Below, one piece after another: positions 40,561 through 50,729 of a stretch of 64,000 bases of DNA. Positions within the stretch are counted from its first letter, which is position 1; every line of letters starts with the position of its first letter. The position numbers were made by a program, and so were the translations under genes. Where the stretch lies: assembly GCA_017621475.1 (NCBI GenBank), contig JAGATA010000020.1, forward strand, positions 10,948 through 74,947, given 5' to 3'. A model generated the notes under the pieces. That model did not search any database, was not told where the DNA came from, and saw nothing but the letters and a program-made list of their open reading frames with translations. The stretch is from Clostridia bacterium. Its GTDB lineage: Bacteria; Bacillota; Clostridia; Oscillospirales; CAG-272.

Positions 40561-42483
40561 ATGAAAAACACAAAAAAATTATTATCCCTGTTGCTTGTTA
40601 TGGTGATGATTTTTGCAAGCAACGCATACGCACTTTCGACTAGCGGTCAATTTACGGTTGAGTTCACTGCTGACACTTCGATAGACCTTTCCGATTTGAA
40701 AGTGGAATTGTACCGAAAAACAAATGTGGTACAATACACGGAGAATTTGCAAACTTACGATAAAGAGTTTGTTACTTCGTACACTAGCGATGAAAACGGA
40801 ATTATAACTTTCTTAAAACCGTCTTATGATTTCGTTTTGGTTATCGACCTTGCGTCCTTGCCGACGGGAACAGGTGTGAAAAAATCCACACTTTTAGTTG
40901 CAGACAATGAATATTACAAGGAAATTGAAGTTGAAACGGTTGAAACGGTTACCCCATCCTATAACGGAGATTTAAACTTTACTTTCCAAAATAAAAACGG
41001 AGAAAATCTGCTTGTTAATTATGAAGTAAGCGGATATGACGTTCAAAAAACGGAAACGGAAAAAGTTGCGGTTGCTTCAAAAATAGATATGAATGCAGAA
41101 GCGGAAATAACGGTTGTTTCAAAACATACGGGCTGCGTTAGCGCAAACGGAAAGATGTTTTCATTTGATTTTAACGATACCTATACATATTCCCCCACGG
41201 CTCACACGGGAATTGACGGCGTTTCGTGCTTGACTTGTTCTGGAGAAGAAGCATCTTTATATGCATATGTGCCTAATCCGTCGGATTTAACGTATGTTCA
41301 AACCACGATAGCTTGCACAAGTGGTAATTGCAATGAAATGGAGCTTCATAATTTAAGAGTTTATTACGATTCGGATGACTGTTCGCTATCTAATGCGAAT
41401 TTGGTGCTTAATACTTTATATGGCGTATTTGATTTCTTCTGCAATCAATGGAAATTTAGGTGTCCTAATTCTATAAACAGTAATGCAGATATAACCAATG
41501 CTAATGATAGCTTTTGTCTTGTTATTTTGTTGAGCGAACACGGAACTTTTACTATCAACAATGGCAACAATGGCGCTTGCGTCATATATTTGCATCCGAG
41601 TGCTATTACTGCCGATAAAGTTGGCGCAAATGTTGCGCACGAATTTATGCACTGTATTCAAGGTAGATATAATTGGAATGATTTGGAGGGTGGACTTAAA
41701 GAATCATTTGCAAATTATTCTGGAATGTTATATTCTGAATATACGGGTGATTTCTTTGAAAATATTGGCGATATGGAAACTGGTGTAGAAAATTATTTTT
41801 TAAATACTAAAATAAGTTTATTATTAAAAGACTTAAATGGAGATTTGGTAACTGATCTTAGATGTTATTCTATTCTTTTTCCGTTATTATTGCATCAATA
41901 TTATGGTGGAACAGAAACAATTAGAGAACTTTTTGAAGAATTATATAGTATAAGGCAATATCATTCAATGACTGGTGGAACGGAAAGTTCTGCAGATCTA
42001 TTTGAAGCAATTGATAAGATTGTAGCTGATATTTATTTTGATGGAACGTATCAATCTGCAAGGGATGTTTTTGAAAATTTCGGCTTATATAATTACAATT
42101 ACTCTAACAGATATACTTGGTTTCAAAATTCATCTTGGACAACCAACGCTTCCGTTAATGAAGATGTTTTAAGTAGGTCTTCATTAAGTTATACTAAACT
42201 TGGGCAAATTGGATATGGATATTATAAATTATCAAGTTCCCCTACTACGGTACAAATAACTCTCGATCTTTATAAAATATATGGAGATTATGATAATTGT
42301 ACCTGCTATATTGCAGAGGTTAACAACATAGGCTCTATGTCTAATCTAACAAAGATAAGAATGACAAGCGATTTGCTGAACTTGAATTATACGTTTTCTT
42401 CAGCAGCAAATAATTTATGCATATTTGTTGATAATTTATCTACCGTATCAGGCGATTTGTCTGTTAGTTTGACGGTTAACTGA
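40561..42483 (+). CDS. Secreted zinc metallopeptidase-like protein (HEXXH, gluzincin-type)
   Basis: AGGAGG RBS; Sec signal ending AYA; VAHEFMHCIQ followed by ESFANY. Confidence 0.75.
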   Translation: MKNTKKLLSLLLVMVMIFASNAYALSTSGQFTVEFTADTSIDLSDLKVELYRKTNVVQYTENLQTYDKEFVTSYTSDENGIITFLKPSYDFVLVIDLASLPTGTGVKKSTLLVADNEYYKEIEVETVETVTPSYNGDLNFTFQNKNGENLLVNYEVSGYDVQKTETEKVAVASKIDMNAEAEITVVSKHTGCVSANGKMFSFDFNDTYTYSPTAHTGIDGVSCLTCSGEEASLYAYVPNPSDLTYVQTTIACTSGNCNEMELHNLRVYYDSDDCSLSNANLVLNTLYGVFDFFCNQWKFRCPNSINSNADITNANDSFCLVILLSEHGTFTINNGNNGACVIYLHPSAITADKVGANVAHEFMHCIQGRYNWNDLEGGLKESFANYSGMLYSEYTGDFFENIGDMETGVENYFLNTKISLLLKDLNGDLVTDLRCYSILFPLLLHQYYGGTETIRELFEELYSIRQYHSMTGGTESSADLFEAIDKIVADIYFDGTYQSARDVFENFGLYNYNYSNRYTWFQNSSWTTNASVNEDVLSRSSLSYTKLGQIGYGYYKLSSSPTTVQITLDLYKIYGDYDNCTCYIAEVNNIGSMSNLTKIRMTSDLLNLNYTFSSAANNLCIFVDNLSTVSGDLSVSLTVN

Positions 42484-42499
42484 TATTTCAGGAGGGATT

Positions 42500-43171
42500 A
42501 TGAAGAAAATATTATCTTTGGTTTTAATTACTATATTTCTATCAGCCATCCTTATTTCCTGCGGAAATGTCAATGAGGTAACGAGCATTACGCAAGATAC
42601 CGTAAAGACCACCGAAGCTACAACGAAAAAAACACCTCTTTATTACACGGAATATACTTTTACAACGTACTCCGAGCCATCTGATATCCAAGAAAAAATA
42701 GATAGAAACTCTGTTAACAACAACATTCCGTCAAAAGTTATAATCACCTGCGGAGAGGAACGCGACGTACCCTACCTCGTTATTTGCGAAGGGCAAGATG
42801 CTATATATGACCCCGAACGCGACGTGGTATCTACTTCAAGCGGATTGGGATATGCCAACATTCTTCCCGTGGCGGCGCGTGAAGCTATAACGAATAATAC
42901 GGATAAGCTCCCTGTATTCCACGCTTCCTCGCTTGACGAGCTGAACGTTTTTGTAAACGATGTTGAGCAAAAAGGGCTTGAGTGCAAGACCGTTGAAACT
43001 ATAAGAAACAGTGAAAACCAAGACGTTGACTTCGAGGGCAACACGGACGGACGTTATTATATGTATTGTAAGGTGAAATGCTTGGCTCCGCCTTATATGA
43101 AGGATGGAAAGGCTTATGCAAGAGCAAGCGCGACCTATTACGCATTTTTCATCGTTGAAATAACGGAATAA
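42500..43171 (+). CDS. Lipoprotein
   Basis: Lipobox LISC, T-rich linker. Confidence 0.75.
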   Translation: MKKILSLVLITIFLSAILISCGNVNEVTSITQDTVKTTEATTKKTPLYYTEYTFTTYSEPSDIQEKIDRNSVNNNIPSKVIITCGEERDVPYLVICEGQDAIYDPERDVVSTSSGLGYANILPVAAREAITNNTDKLPVFHASSLDELNVFVNDVEQKGLECKTVETIRNSENQDVDFEGNTDGRYYMYCKVKCLAPPYMKDGKAYARASATYYAFFIVEITE

Positions 43172-43234
43172 AACAAAAACGAGCGAGAAAAACATCTCGC
43201 TCGTTCGACTAAACAGTAAACGGAGGTGTATTTT

Positions 43235-43879
43235 ATGAAAAAGATAATATCCTTGCTCTCTCTCATTCTATCATTTTCTGCTTTCCTTAATTCTTGCGGA
43301 AACGTTTCGGATAGTGCGACCTCCTATGAAGAAAACGTAAGCATTTATTATGATGGAAGCAAGGAGTTTTCCTCTACCGGTTTTAATACGGTGAAAGACA
43401 AAGATACACCTTTTTACGTCAGACTGAATGCAGGCAGAACGGCTGTTGCAACGTACAGTGAATCCGAAGAGGTTGTTCTGGTTGTATATGTCGGAAGCTG
43501 TGATTTTAGACTTGATGATTTTGCGAATGACGAATATAAGCTTGTGTTCCATACTTCCGATGGCTCGAAGATATGCAATAATAACGAATATAGATTGGTT
43601 GGCTTGACGACCGATGAAAGATACAGATTTTCATCATATTACCTTTCGCATTTACCGATTGATACCGACGGCGACGGACTTGGCGGCTTGTGGGATATAT
43701 TGCCCGTGCGTATAGAATTTCGCGTGCCTGCCTTCGCTTTCAAGGATGAATCGGGCGTGATAAAAGCCGAGATAGTTCCGGCAGACCGGGAAAAAGATGA
43801 GATTAAAGCATACCAAGCAACCCTTTATTATGCTAAAGACGGTGATGAACTATGCTTTAGCTTAGACAGCGAGTTTTAA
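43235..43879 (+). CDS. Lipoprotein
   Basis: MKKII..LNSC lipobox; GGAGG RBS. Confidence 0.72.
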   Translation: MKKIISLLSLILSFSAFLNSCGNVSDSATSYEENVSIYYDGSKEFSSTGFNTVKDKDTPFYVRLNAGRTAVATYSESEEVVLVVYVGSCDFRLDDFANDEYKLVFHTSDGSKICNNNEYRLVGLTTDERYRFSSYYLSHLPIDTDGDGLGGLWDILPVRIEFRVPAFAFKDESGVIKAEIVPADREKDEIKAYQATLYYAKDGDELCFSLDSEF

Positions 43880-43940
43880 TAGGCGAATAAAACCAAAACA
43901 GCAGTTCGTATGAACTGCTGTTTTAATTTGTTATAAGTTT

Positions 43941-44486
43941 TTAACCTTTATCATATCCCGTTTTACGGAAGCGGATGAACGAAACTATAACGGAGAGCAT
44001 ATTGAACACCTCACAAAGTATGCCGCCCACGGAAAAATAGTAAACATTGTTCACTATCCAAAGCGGGGAGATACCGCAGAGCTGCGCCCAGCGTATAATT
44101 TTGCCGTTACGAGTCCACATTGCAAGCGTGCCGCCCGCCTGCGCTATAAAGAGGAGAACGGCTATCCACCAGACCTCGTCGAAAACAAAGAAAGAAACGA
44201 GCGAAGACGCGGTGAAGCAAACTTCCATGATTACAAGATAGATGATTTTTTTGCATCTGTCACCAAGAGCGAAGATGATACCGCGCACTATGCTGAAAAT
44301 ATTGAGTAGCATTCCCGCCCAAGAGCCGAGCAGGGCAAATTGCAGCGTGAACGCGATACCGCAACCCATCTGAAAAAGGAAATAGTTGCGGTTTTTCTTG
44401 CATTGATACGAGATGAGCGCGCAGAGCATACCCGCGTACCCTATAAGCTGTATGGGGGAAAAAGTTTTAGCCAAAAATTCTATCAT
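43941..44486 (-). CDS. YgjV-family inner membrane protein
   Basis: Q.IG.....SYQ.K, multi-TM, SP.WI..N. Confidence 0.8.
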   Translation of the reverse strand: MIEFLAKTFSPIQLIGYAGMLCALISYQCKKNRNYFLFQMGCGIAFTLQFALLGSWAGMLLNIFSIVRGIIFALGDRCKKIIYLVIMEVCFTASSLVSFFVFDEVWWIAVLLFIAQAGGTLAMWTRNGKIIRWAQLCGISPLWIVNNVYYFSVGGILCEVFNMLSVIVSFIRFRKTGYDKG

Positions 44487-44573
44487 AAATATCAACCTTC
44501 TTTGATGTCTGTTTTTCAATCACAATTAAGGCGTATTATATCACCAAAGAGGGTTAAAATCAATATTTATGAA

Positions 44574-45305
44574 TTAAAATTTCAAAAATTTAGCTTCTAT
44601 CGTAACGGAAACGGATTCGGGGTTGTAGGGGGAATTATGATTTGGCCCATAACCGTAGCCAAAGGAGATGCTTCCCGTGTATTCGCACGCGCCGTCCGTG
44701 TAATTTTCGTAGAGCTTTATGCCCGTCACGTGCGTCTGCGTTGTAAGCTTTATGTCGGCGCTTTCTTCCTCGCCAATAGTAACGTAATCGCCTGCGGCAA
44801 AGGAAAGCGTGAAGGTGATGCTCTCGCCCGTATCAAGGCTCCAGCTCTGGAGCATAGCGGGGCAGACACCGATGTTCATATTGCGAAGGTGCTTGCCCTG
44901 TGCATCTGCAAGTGCAACGCCTATTTCGTGGTTATGTCCGTTACCGTGGCAGTAATATGGAATGGTCTGATAGATAGTTCTTGCCGAATTGTTGGTTATC
45001 TTGACCTCGGCACGCATAACTCCGTCCGTGAAATAAAAGCTTTCGCCAAGACTTTCGCTCGAGTAGCCGATAAGCGTTATCTCCATAGAAACGCCGTCGG
45101 GGCTTTGATGTACTATCGTGGAGCGCGCGGGCGTTTGGTCCGCAGGGTAGGCGGGAACCTTGTTTAAGATGACCGTTGAGGCGCTAGTGCTTTCAAAGGT
45201 TGGTGTTGTTACGGTGCTTGCCGTGGTGCTTTCCTCCACCGTCGCGCAAGCGGCGAATATGAGCGATGTCAGCGCGAGAAGTATTGCGAGTATTTTCTTT
45301 TTCAT
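44574..45305 (-). CDS. Lipoprotein with Ig-like (BsuPI-like) domain
   Basis: Lipobox FAAC, T-rich linker, V.ITNNS, CPAML..WSL..GES. Confidence 0.7.
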   Translation of the reverse strand: MKKKILAILLALTSLIFAACATVEESTTASTVTTPTFESTSASTVILNKVPAYPADQTPARSTIVHQSPDGVSMEITLIGYSSESLGESFYFTDGVMRAEVKITNNSARTIYQTIPYYCHGNGHNHEIGVALADAQGKHLRNMNIGVCPAMLQSWSLDTGESITFTLSFAAGDYVTIGEEESADIKLTTQTHVTGIKLYENYTDGACEYTGSISFGYGYGPNHNSPYNPESVSVTIEAKFLKF

Positions 45306-45440
45306 ATGATGTACCTCCGATGGGTGTGATTATAACGAGAAAGACCTCCGCCTCTCTGCTTATTAGTCGCAGAAAGGGGAGGTTTTTCTCATTTTCTTTC
45401 AAAAAATTTATAAAAGGAGTTTAATAGTTTGCTGTTTTAA

Positions 45441-46616
45441 TTAAAGCGCTTTGAGTGTTTCCATTACGTAGTTGCCGAATTCTTCGCAGGTAGCGCCCGT
45501 ATCTCTGCCCGTGATGGTGAGCTTCTTTTCTTCAAAGCAACAGATGTCAAGCGCTTTTGCAAGCTTATCCGCTTTTTCCTGCAAGCCGATGTGGGAAAGG
45601 AGCATTACGCAGCCGCGGAGCATGGAGCAGGGGTCTGCATATTGCGCTCTGCCTTCCTTGACCATTCTGGGTGCGGAGCCGTGGATGGCTTCAAACATAG
45701 CGTATTTTTTGCCGATGTTCGCGCAGCCCGCTGTGCCGACACCGCCCTGGAATTCTGCAGCTTCATCGGAAATTATGTCGCCGTAGAGGTTGGGCGCAAC
45801 GAGAACTTTGAAATCTCTGCGGCGTTTGGGGTCAACGAGCTTCGCCGTGATGATGTCGGCGTACCATTCGTCCGTTGTGATCTCGGGGTATTCTTCTGCA
45901 ACCTTGTGGCAATCTTCAAGGAAGTTGCCGTCCGTTGTCTTGATAACGTTTGCTTTGGAGATAAGGGAAACTCTGCCGTATCCGTTCTTTCTTGCGTAGT
46001 CGTAAGCAAGGCGGGCGATTCTGTCCGAGCCCTGCTTCGTTGTGATAACGAAGTCGACCGCAAGGTCGTCCGTTACGTTGAAGCCTTCTTTACCTACCGC
46101 ATATCCGCCCTCCGTGTTTTCACGGAAGATGGTCCAATCGATGCCCTCTGCGGGAACCTTAACGGGGCGGATGTTTGCAAATAGGTCGAGCGCCTTTCTC
46201 ATAGCGACGTTTGCGCTTTCGATATTGGGCATACCGTCGCCCTTCTGGGGTGTTGTTGTCGGCCCTTTGAGAATGATCTCACAGGATTTAAGCTGTGCCA
46301 TAACGTCATCGGGGATAGCTTTGCCGCAGGCGATTCTGTTTTCGATGGTAAGACCGTCGATGTTTACGAATTCGACCTTGCCCGCTTCAACCATATCAGC
46401 AAGCATAAATTCAAGCACACGTCTTGCTTCCGCCGTGATAGTGGGACCGATGCCATCGCCGCCGCATACGCCGATGCGGATCTTTTCGAGGGCGTTGTAA
46501 TCTACAAAATCGCCCTGAGATTTCATATCTTCGATTCTTACAAGCTGTTTTTCAAGAATTTTTCTGAATTTTTCGCAAGCCGCGTCGAGCTGTGCATTTA
46601 CGTTTACGTCTGCCAT
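45441..46616 (-). CDS. icd: Isocitrate dehydrogenase (IDH/IPMDH family)
   Basis: GDGIGP, LKGP.TTP, RENTEG, PNLYGDI.SD, FEAIHGSAP; in operon with aconitase. Confidence 0.82.
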   Translation of the reverse strand: MADVNVNAQLDAACEKFRKILEKQLVRIEDMKSQGDFVDYNALEKIRIGVCGGDGIGPTITAEARRVLEFMLADMVEAGKVEFVNIDGLTIENRIACGKAIPDDVMAQLKSCEIILKGPTTTPQKGDGMPNIESANVAMRKALDLFANIRPVKVPAEGIDWTIFRENTEGGYAVGKEGFNVTDDLAVDFVITTKQGSDRIARLAYDYARKNGYGRVSLISKANVIKTTDGNFLEDCHKVAEEYPEITTDEWYADIITAKLVDPKRRRDFKVLVAPNLYGDIISDEAAEFQGGVGTAGCANIGKKYAMFEAIHGSAPRMVKEGRAQYADPCSMLRGCVMLLSHIGLQEKADKLAKALDICCFEEKKLTITGRDTGATCEEFGNYVMETLKAL

Positions 46617-46620
46617 TGTG

Positions 46621-48555
46621 TCAGTTCTCCTTGTCTTTTGTGTAATTGAGAAGTCCGCCTGCGAGAAGTATTTCGCGCTGGCGTGCCGTTGCCGCGAGGA
46701 CGAGCGTTACGTTTTCGCCCGTTGTCTTGTTGCAAAGCGTGAGCTCTTCTTTGCTTGCAATGCCGTCTGAAAAGCCGAGAATTTCTATATCGTCGCCCTC
46801 GGCGATCTTTTCGTAATCGTCGGGGTCTTTGAACGTGAGGGGGATTATGCCGAAGTTGATAAGGTTTGCCATGTGGATTCTTGCAAAGCTCTTTGCAACA
46901 ACGGCTTTTATGCCGAGGTAAAGGGGAACGAGAGCCGCGTGCTCGCGAGAGGAACCCTGACCGTAGTTTGCGCCGCCTACGATAATGCCGCCGCCAAGAG
47001 CTTTTGCTCTTTCGGGGAATTCTTTATCGCATACAGTGAAGCAGAATTCTGAAAGCTTCGGCACGTTGGAACGGTAGGGAAGTATCTTTGTGCCTGCCGG
47101 CATAATGTGGTCCGTTGTGATGTTGTCGCCAACCTTGAGTGCTGTCTTGCATGAAAGGTCTTGCGCGGGGCGCACTCCCTTGGGAATGGGCTTGATATTG
47201 GGACCGCGTTCAACAAGAACGTCTGCCGCTTCTTCTGCACTTGCGGGCATTTCAATAAGGTTATCGTTTACCTTCATAACCTCGGGAAGAGCAATTTCGG
47301 GAGCTTTTCCGAGCGTTCTGGGATCTGTAAATACGCCCGTGATAGCGGAAGCCGCCGCTGTCTGGGGGGAAACGAGGTAGACTTTTGCGTCGGCAGTACC
47401 GCTTCTTGCCTCAAAGTTGCGGTTGAAGGTACGAAGGCTGACACCTGCGGACTTGGGGGAGAAGCCCATACCGATGCAGGGACCGCACGCGCATTCAAGG
47501 ATTCTTGCGCCTGCGCTTACCATATCCGTGAGCGCGCCGCAATCCGCGAGCATAGAGAGAACCTCCTTGGAGCCGGGGGAGACGGACATTTCAACGTCCG
47601 CGTGAACTGTTTTATCTTTGAGTATCGAGGATACCGTGAGCATATCGAGCATGGAGGAGTTTGTGCAGGAGCCTACGCAAACCTGGTCGAGCTTCATTCC
47701 CGCAAGCTCGGAAACGGGGCGCACGTTGTCGGGGCTGTGGGGGCAAGCCGCAAGCGGAACGAGCGCGGAAAGGTCAACCGTGAGCGTTTCATCATAAACA
47801 ACGTCGTCATCGGGAGCAAGAGGAACGTAATCGCACTCTCTCTGCTGAGATTTAAGGAAAGCGCGTGTTATTTCGTCGGAGGGGAAGACGGAGCTTGTAG
47901 CGCCGAGCTCTGCACCCATATTCGTAATAGTTGCGCGTTCGGGAACGGAGAGGGTCTTAACGCCTTCGCCGTAATATTCAACTACCTTTCCAACGCCGCC
48001 TTTAACGCCGAGCTTGGAAAGAACGTAGAGGATAACGTCCTTTGCACCTACGAAATCGGGGAGCTTGCCTTTAAGCTCTACGCCGATTATCTTGGGCATA
48101 TTGATGTAATATGCGCCGCCTCCCATTGCAACGGCTACGTCAAGACCGCCTGCACCCATTGCGAGCATACCAAGACCGCCTGCCGTGGGAGTGTGGCTGT
48201 CGGAGCCGATGAGCGTTTTGCCGGGTATGCCGAATCTTTCAAGGTGTACCTGATGGCAGATGCCGTTGCCGGGACGGGAGAAACGTACGCCGTGCTTCTT
48301 AGTTACCGTCTGAATATATCTGTGGTCGTCTGCGTTTTCAAAGCCCGCCTGGAGCGTGTTGTGGTCGATATACGCCACGGAAAGCTCTGTTTTAACTCTT
48401 TCTGTGCCCATCGCTTCAAACTGGAGGTACGCCATAGTACCTGTTGCGTCCTGTGTAAGTGTCTGGTCTATGCGAAGTCCGATCTCGCTGCCGACGGTCA
48501 TTTCGCCGGAAACAAGATGGTTTTTGATTATTTTCTGCGCTATGGTAAGTCCCAT
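46621..48555 (-). CDS. Aconitate hydratase (AcnA/mitochondrial-like short form)
   Basis: QDATG, GICHQV, GSDSHT, GSCTNSS, CGPCIG, NRNF, TTDHI, GSSREHA. Confidence 0.93.
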   Translation of the reverse strand: MGLTIAQKIIKNHLVSGEMTVGSEIGLRIDQTLTQDATGTMAYLQFEAMGTERVKTELSVAYIDHNTLQAGFENADDHRYIQTVTKKHGVRFSRPGNGICHQVHLERFGIPGKTLIGSDSHTPTAGGLGMLAMGAGGLDVAVAMGGGAYYINMPKIIGVELKGKLPDFVGAKDVILYVLSKLGVKGGVGKVVEYYGEGVKTLSVPERATITNMGAELGATSSVFPSDEITRAFLKSQQRECDYVPLAPDDDVVYDETLTVDLSALVPLAACPHSPDNVRPVSELAGMKLDQVCVGSCTNSSMLDMLTVSSILKDKTVHADVEMSVSPGSKEVLSMLADCGALTDMVSAGARILECACGPCIGMGFSPKSAGVSLRTFNRNFEARSGTADAKVYLVSPQTAAASAITGVFTDPRTLGKAPEIALPEVMKVNDNLIEMPASAEEAADVLVERGPNIKPIPKGVRPAQDLSCKTALKVGDNITTDHIMPAGTKILPYRSNVPKLSEFCFTVCDKEFPERAKALGGGIIVGGANYGQGSSREHAALVPLYLGIKAVVAKSFARIHMANLINFGIIPLTFKDPDDYEKIAEGDDIEILGFSDGIASKEELTLCNKTTGENVTLVLAATARQREILLAGGLLNYTKDKEN

Positions 48556-48570
48556 ATCAGTGTTGTCCTT

Positions 48571-49230
48571 TCAATCTTTATTTTGTATGATGGTAAGCAG
48601 GTTGGAAAGCGCGCGCTCTACGTGCGCGGACATAAGCGCGTCCGCGCCGTCGGCATTGCCTTTTTTGATGGCTTCAACTATTTCTCTGTGTTCCGCCAAG
48701 GATTTTTCAAGCCGTCCCTTAACGGAAAGGGAAAGCTTGCGGTAGCACACTATGTAACGGTGAAGCTCCGAAAGCGTTTTGCCGAGTATCCTGCTTTGAC
48801 AATAGCGGTAAATTATATCGTGAAAATCGGAATCGAGGTCCTTGAGCTTTTCGATGTTTCCCTTGGACATATAAAATTCCGTAAGCTCTATGTTATCCGA
48901 AAGCTGGCGGACGAGTGCTTCGTCCGCGTTTTCCGCGGCTATGCGGGCGGCTAGCCCTTCAAGGCGCGTTCTTATTTTATATATATCTATAAGATCGCGC
49001 TCGGAGATGCCCACGACCACCGCGCCCTTGTTCGGGCGCAGCTTTATAAGCCCCTCGCGGTCGAGGCGCTGGAGCGCTTCGCGCACGGGAGTTCGGCTGA
49101 CACCAAGCTCCTTTGAAAGCTTCATTTCCGTAACGGAATCTCCCGCACGCAGCTTTTGGGAAAGTATTTGGTCTTCGAGTATATTATAAACCTTTTCTTC
49201 AAGTGTTGATGCTCCGTCCGGTTGAAACAT
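48571..49230 (-). CDS. GntR/FadR-family regulator
   Basis: LGVSRTPVREAL HTH; FCD domain FH...EH..I. Confidence 0.92.
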   Translation of the reverse strand: MFQPDGASTLEEKVYNILEDQILSQKLRAGDSVTEMKLSKELGVSRTPVREALQRLDREGLIKLRPNKGAVVVGISERDLIDIYKIRTRLEGLAARIAAENADEALVRQLSDNIELTEFYMSKGNIEKLKDLDSDFHDIIYRYCQSRILGKTLSELHRYIVCYRKLSLSVKGRLEKSLAEHREIVEAIKKGNADGADALMSAHVERALSNLLTIIQNKD

Positions 49231-49256
49231 CTTTGCATCCTGCCTTCTGTTGTAGA

Positions 49257-50663
49257 TTATTCTTCGGTGGTCTGCGCTTCTTCTTTTGTGTTTGCTGCTT
49301 CAAGCTCCTTGCTAAGGGAGATGAATATCTCTTCGAGCTCGGGATCTGTCATAAGTGTCACTCTGCCTTCGGCGTAAAGCTTGTCGATGGCATCCTTCAT
49401 TTTAATAACTATCTCGTCACGCTTGGATACCGTTTCCTCTCCGCGAAAACGGTAATGATTGTTTATCCAATATGCAATACCTGCAAGGCCGGATGTATTG
49501 GAAACGGAGACGCTGGCGGGAACGCCGAGGATGCGTTCCGTATCGAATATATTATATATTTCCGCATCCTTCATCATACCGTCTGCATGGATACCTGCGC
49601 GCGTTACGTTGAAGTTTTCACCTATAAACGGGGTCATAGGGGGAACGTTGTAGCCAAGGTTCTTTCTGTAATATTCTGCAAGCTCCGTGATAACGGAAGG
49701 ATCCATACCGTCGAAAGAGCCGCGGATGGATGCGTATTCGATAACCATTGCTTCAAGAGGCACGTTACCTGTGCGCTCTCCTATGCCGAGCAAGGAGCAG
49801 TTGACAGCGGAAGCTCCGTAAAGCCAAGCTGTTGTGGCATTGGAAACTGCCTTGTAAAAGTCGTTGTGACCGTGCCATTCAAGCATCTCACTGGGTACGT
49901 TGGCATAATGGTGCAAGCCGTAAACCATACCGGGAACGCTTCGGGGAAGGGCGACCTCGCTGAAAGGAACGCCGTACCCCATAGTATCGCACATACGGAT
50001 CTTTACGGGGATGTTTGCCTGTTCGGAAAGCTCTGTAAGCTCGTTTACGAAGGGAACAACGAAGCCGTAGAAATCGGCACGTGTTATATCTTCAAGGTGG
50101 CAACGGGGGCGCAGACCCGCGTTGAAAGCATCGTAAACGACGGAAAGGTATTTGTTAAGCGCCTGGGAACGTGTCATACCGAGCTTTTTGAATATATGGT
50201 AGTCGGAGCAGGAAACGAGGATACCCGTTTCTTTTATACCGATGTCGCGCACGAGCTTGAAGTCTTCCTTCGTTGCGCGTATCCAAGTTGTTATTTCCGG
50301 GAATTTATAACCGAGCTCCATGCATTTCTCAACGGCGTCGCGGTCTTTTTTGCTGTAAACGAAAAATTCGCTCTGGCGAATTATGCCTTTTTCACCGCCG
50401 AGGCGCGAGAGCATCTTGTAAAGGTCAACTATCTGCTCCGTCGTATAGGGGGCGCGGGACTGCTGACCGTCGCGGAAGGTTGTATCCGTGATCCATATCT
50501 CCTTGGGCATAGAGATGGGCACTCTGCGGTGGTTGAAAGGAATCTTCGGAACTTCTGTATAAGGATATATATCTCTGTACAGGTTGGGATTCTCCACATC
50601 CTGAAGAGAGTATTTGTATTGCGAAAATTCGAGCAAATTGCTCGCGTCGCTTCTTGTAAGCAT
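49257..50663 (-). CDS. Re-citrate synthase (DRE-TIM, IPMS-like)
   Basis: ITDTTFRDGQQ, CHLEDITR, EWHGHNDF, GIGERTGN, AGIHADG; context with aconitase and icd as in Clostridium kluyveri. Confidence 0.8.
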   Translation of the reverse strand: MLTRSDASNLLEFSQYKYSLQDVENPNLYRDIYPYTEVPKIPFNHRRVPISMPKEIWITDTTFRDGQQSRAPYTTEQIVDLYKMLSRLGGEKGIIRQSEFFVYSKKDRDAVEKCMELGYKFPEITTWIRATKEDFKLVRDIGIKETGILVSCSDYHIFKKLGMTRSQALNKYLSVVYDAFNAGLRPRCHLEDITRADFYGFVVPFVNELTELSEQANIPVKIRMCDTMGYGVPFSEVALPRSVPGMVYGLHHYANVPSEMLEWHGHNDFYKAVSNATTAWLYGASAVNCSLLGIGERTGNVPLEAMVIEYASIRGSFDGMDPSVITELAEYYRKNLGYNVPPMTPFIGENFNVTRAGIHADGMMKDAEIYNIFDTERILGVPASVSVSNTSGLAGIAYWINNHYRFRGEETVSKRDEIVIKMKDAIDKLYAEGRVTLMTDPELEEIFISLSKELEAANTKEEAQTTEE

Positions 50664-50683
50664 TTTGTGTTCCTCCAAGGGGA

Positions 50684-50729
50684 TTGTATGATTGCATACA
50701 ATTATACAATCCCTTTTAGCTTTTGTCAA
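50684..50729 (-). promoter_or_regulatory. Promoter and GntR-type operator of citrate operon
   Basis: Minus-strand TTGACA-17-TATAAT; palindrome ttgtatg-attg-catacaa at 50684-50701. Confidence 0.75.
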
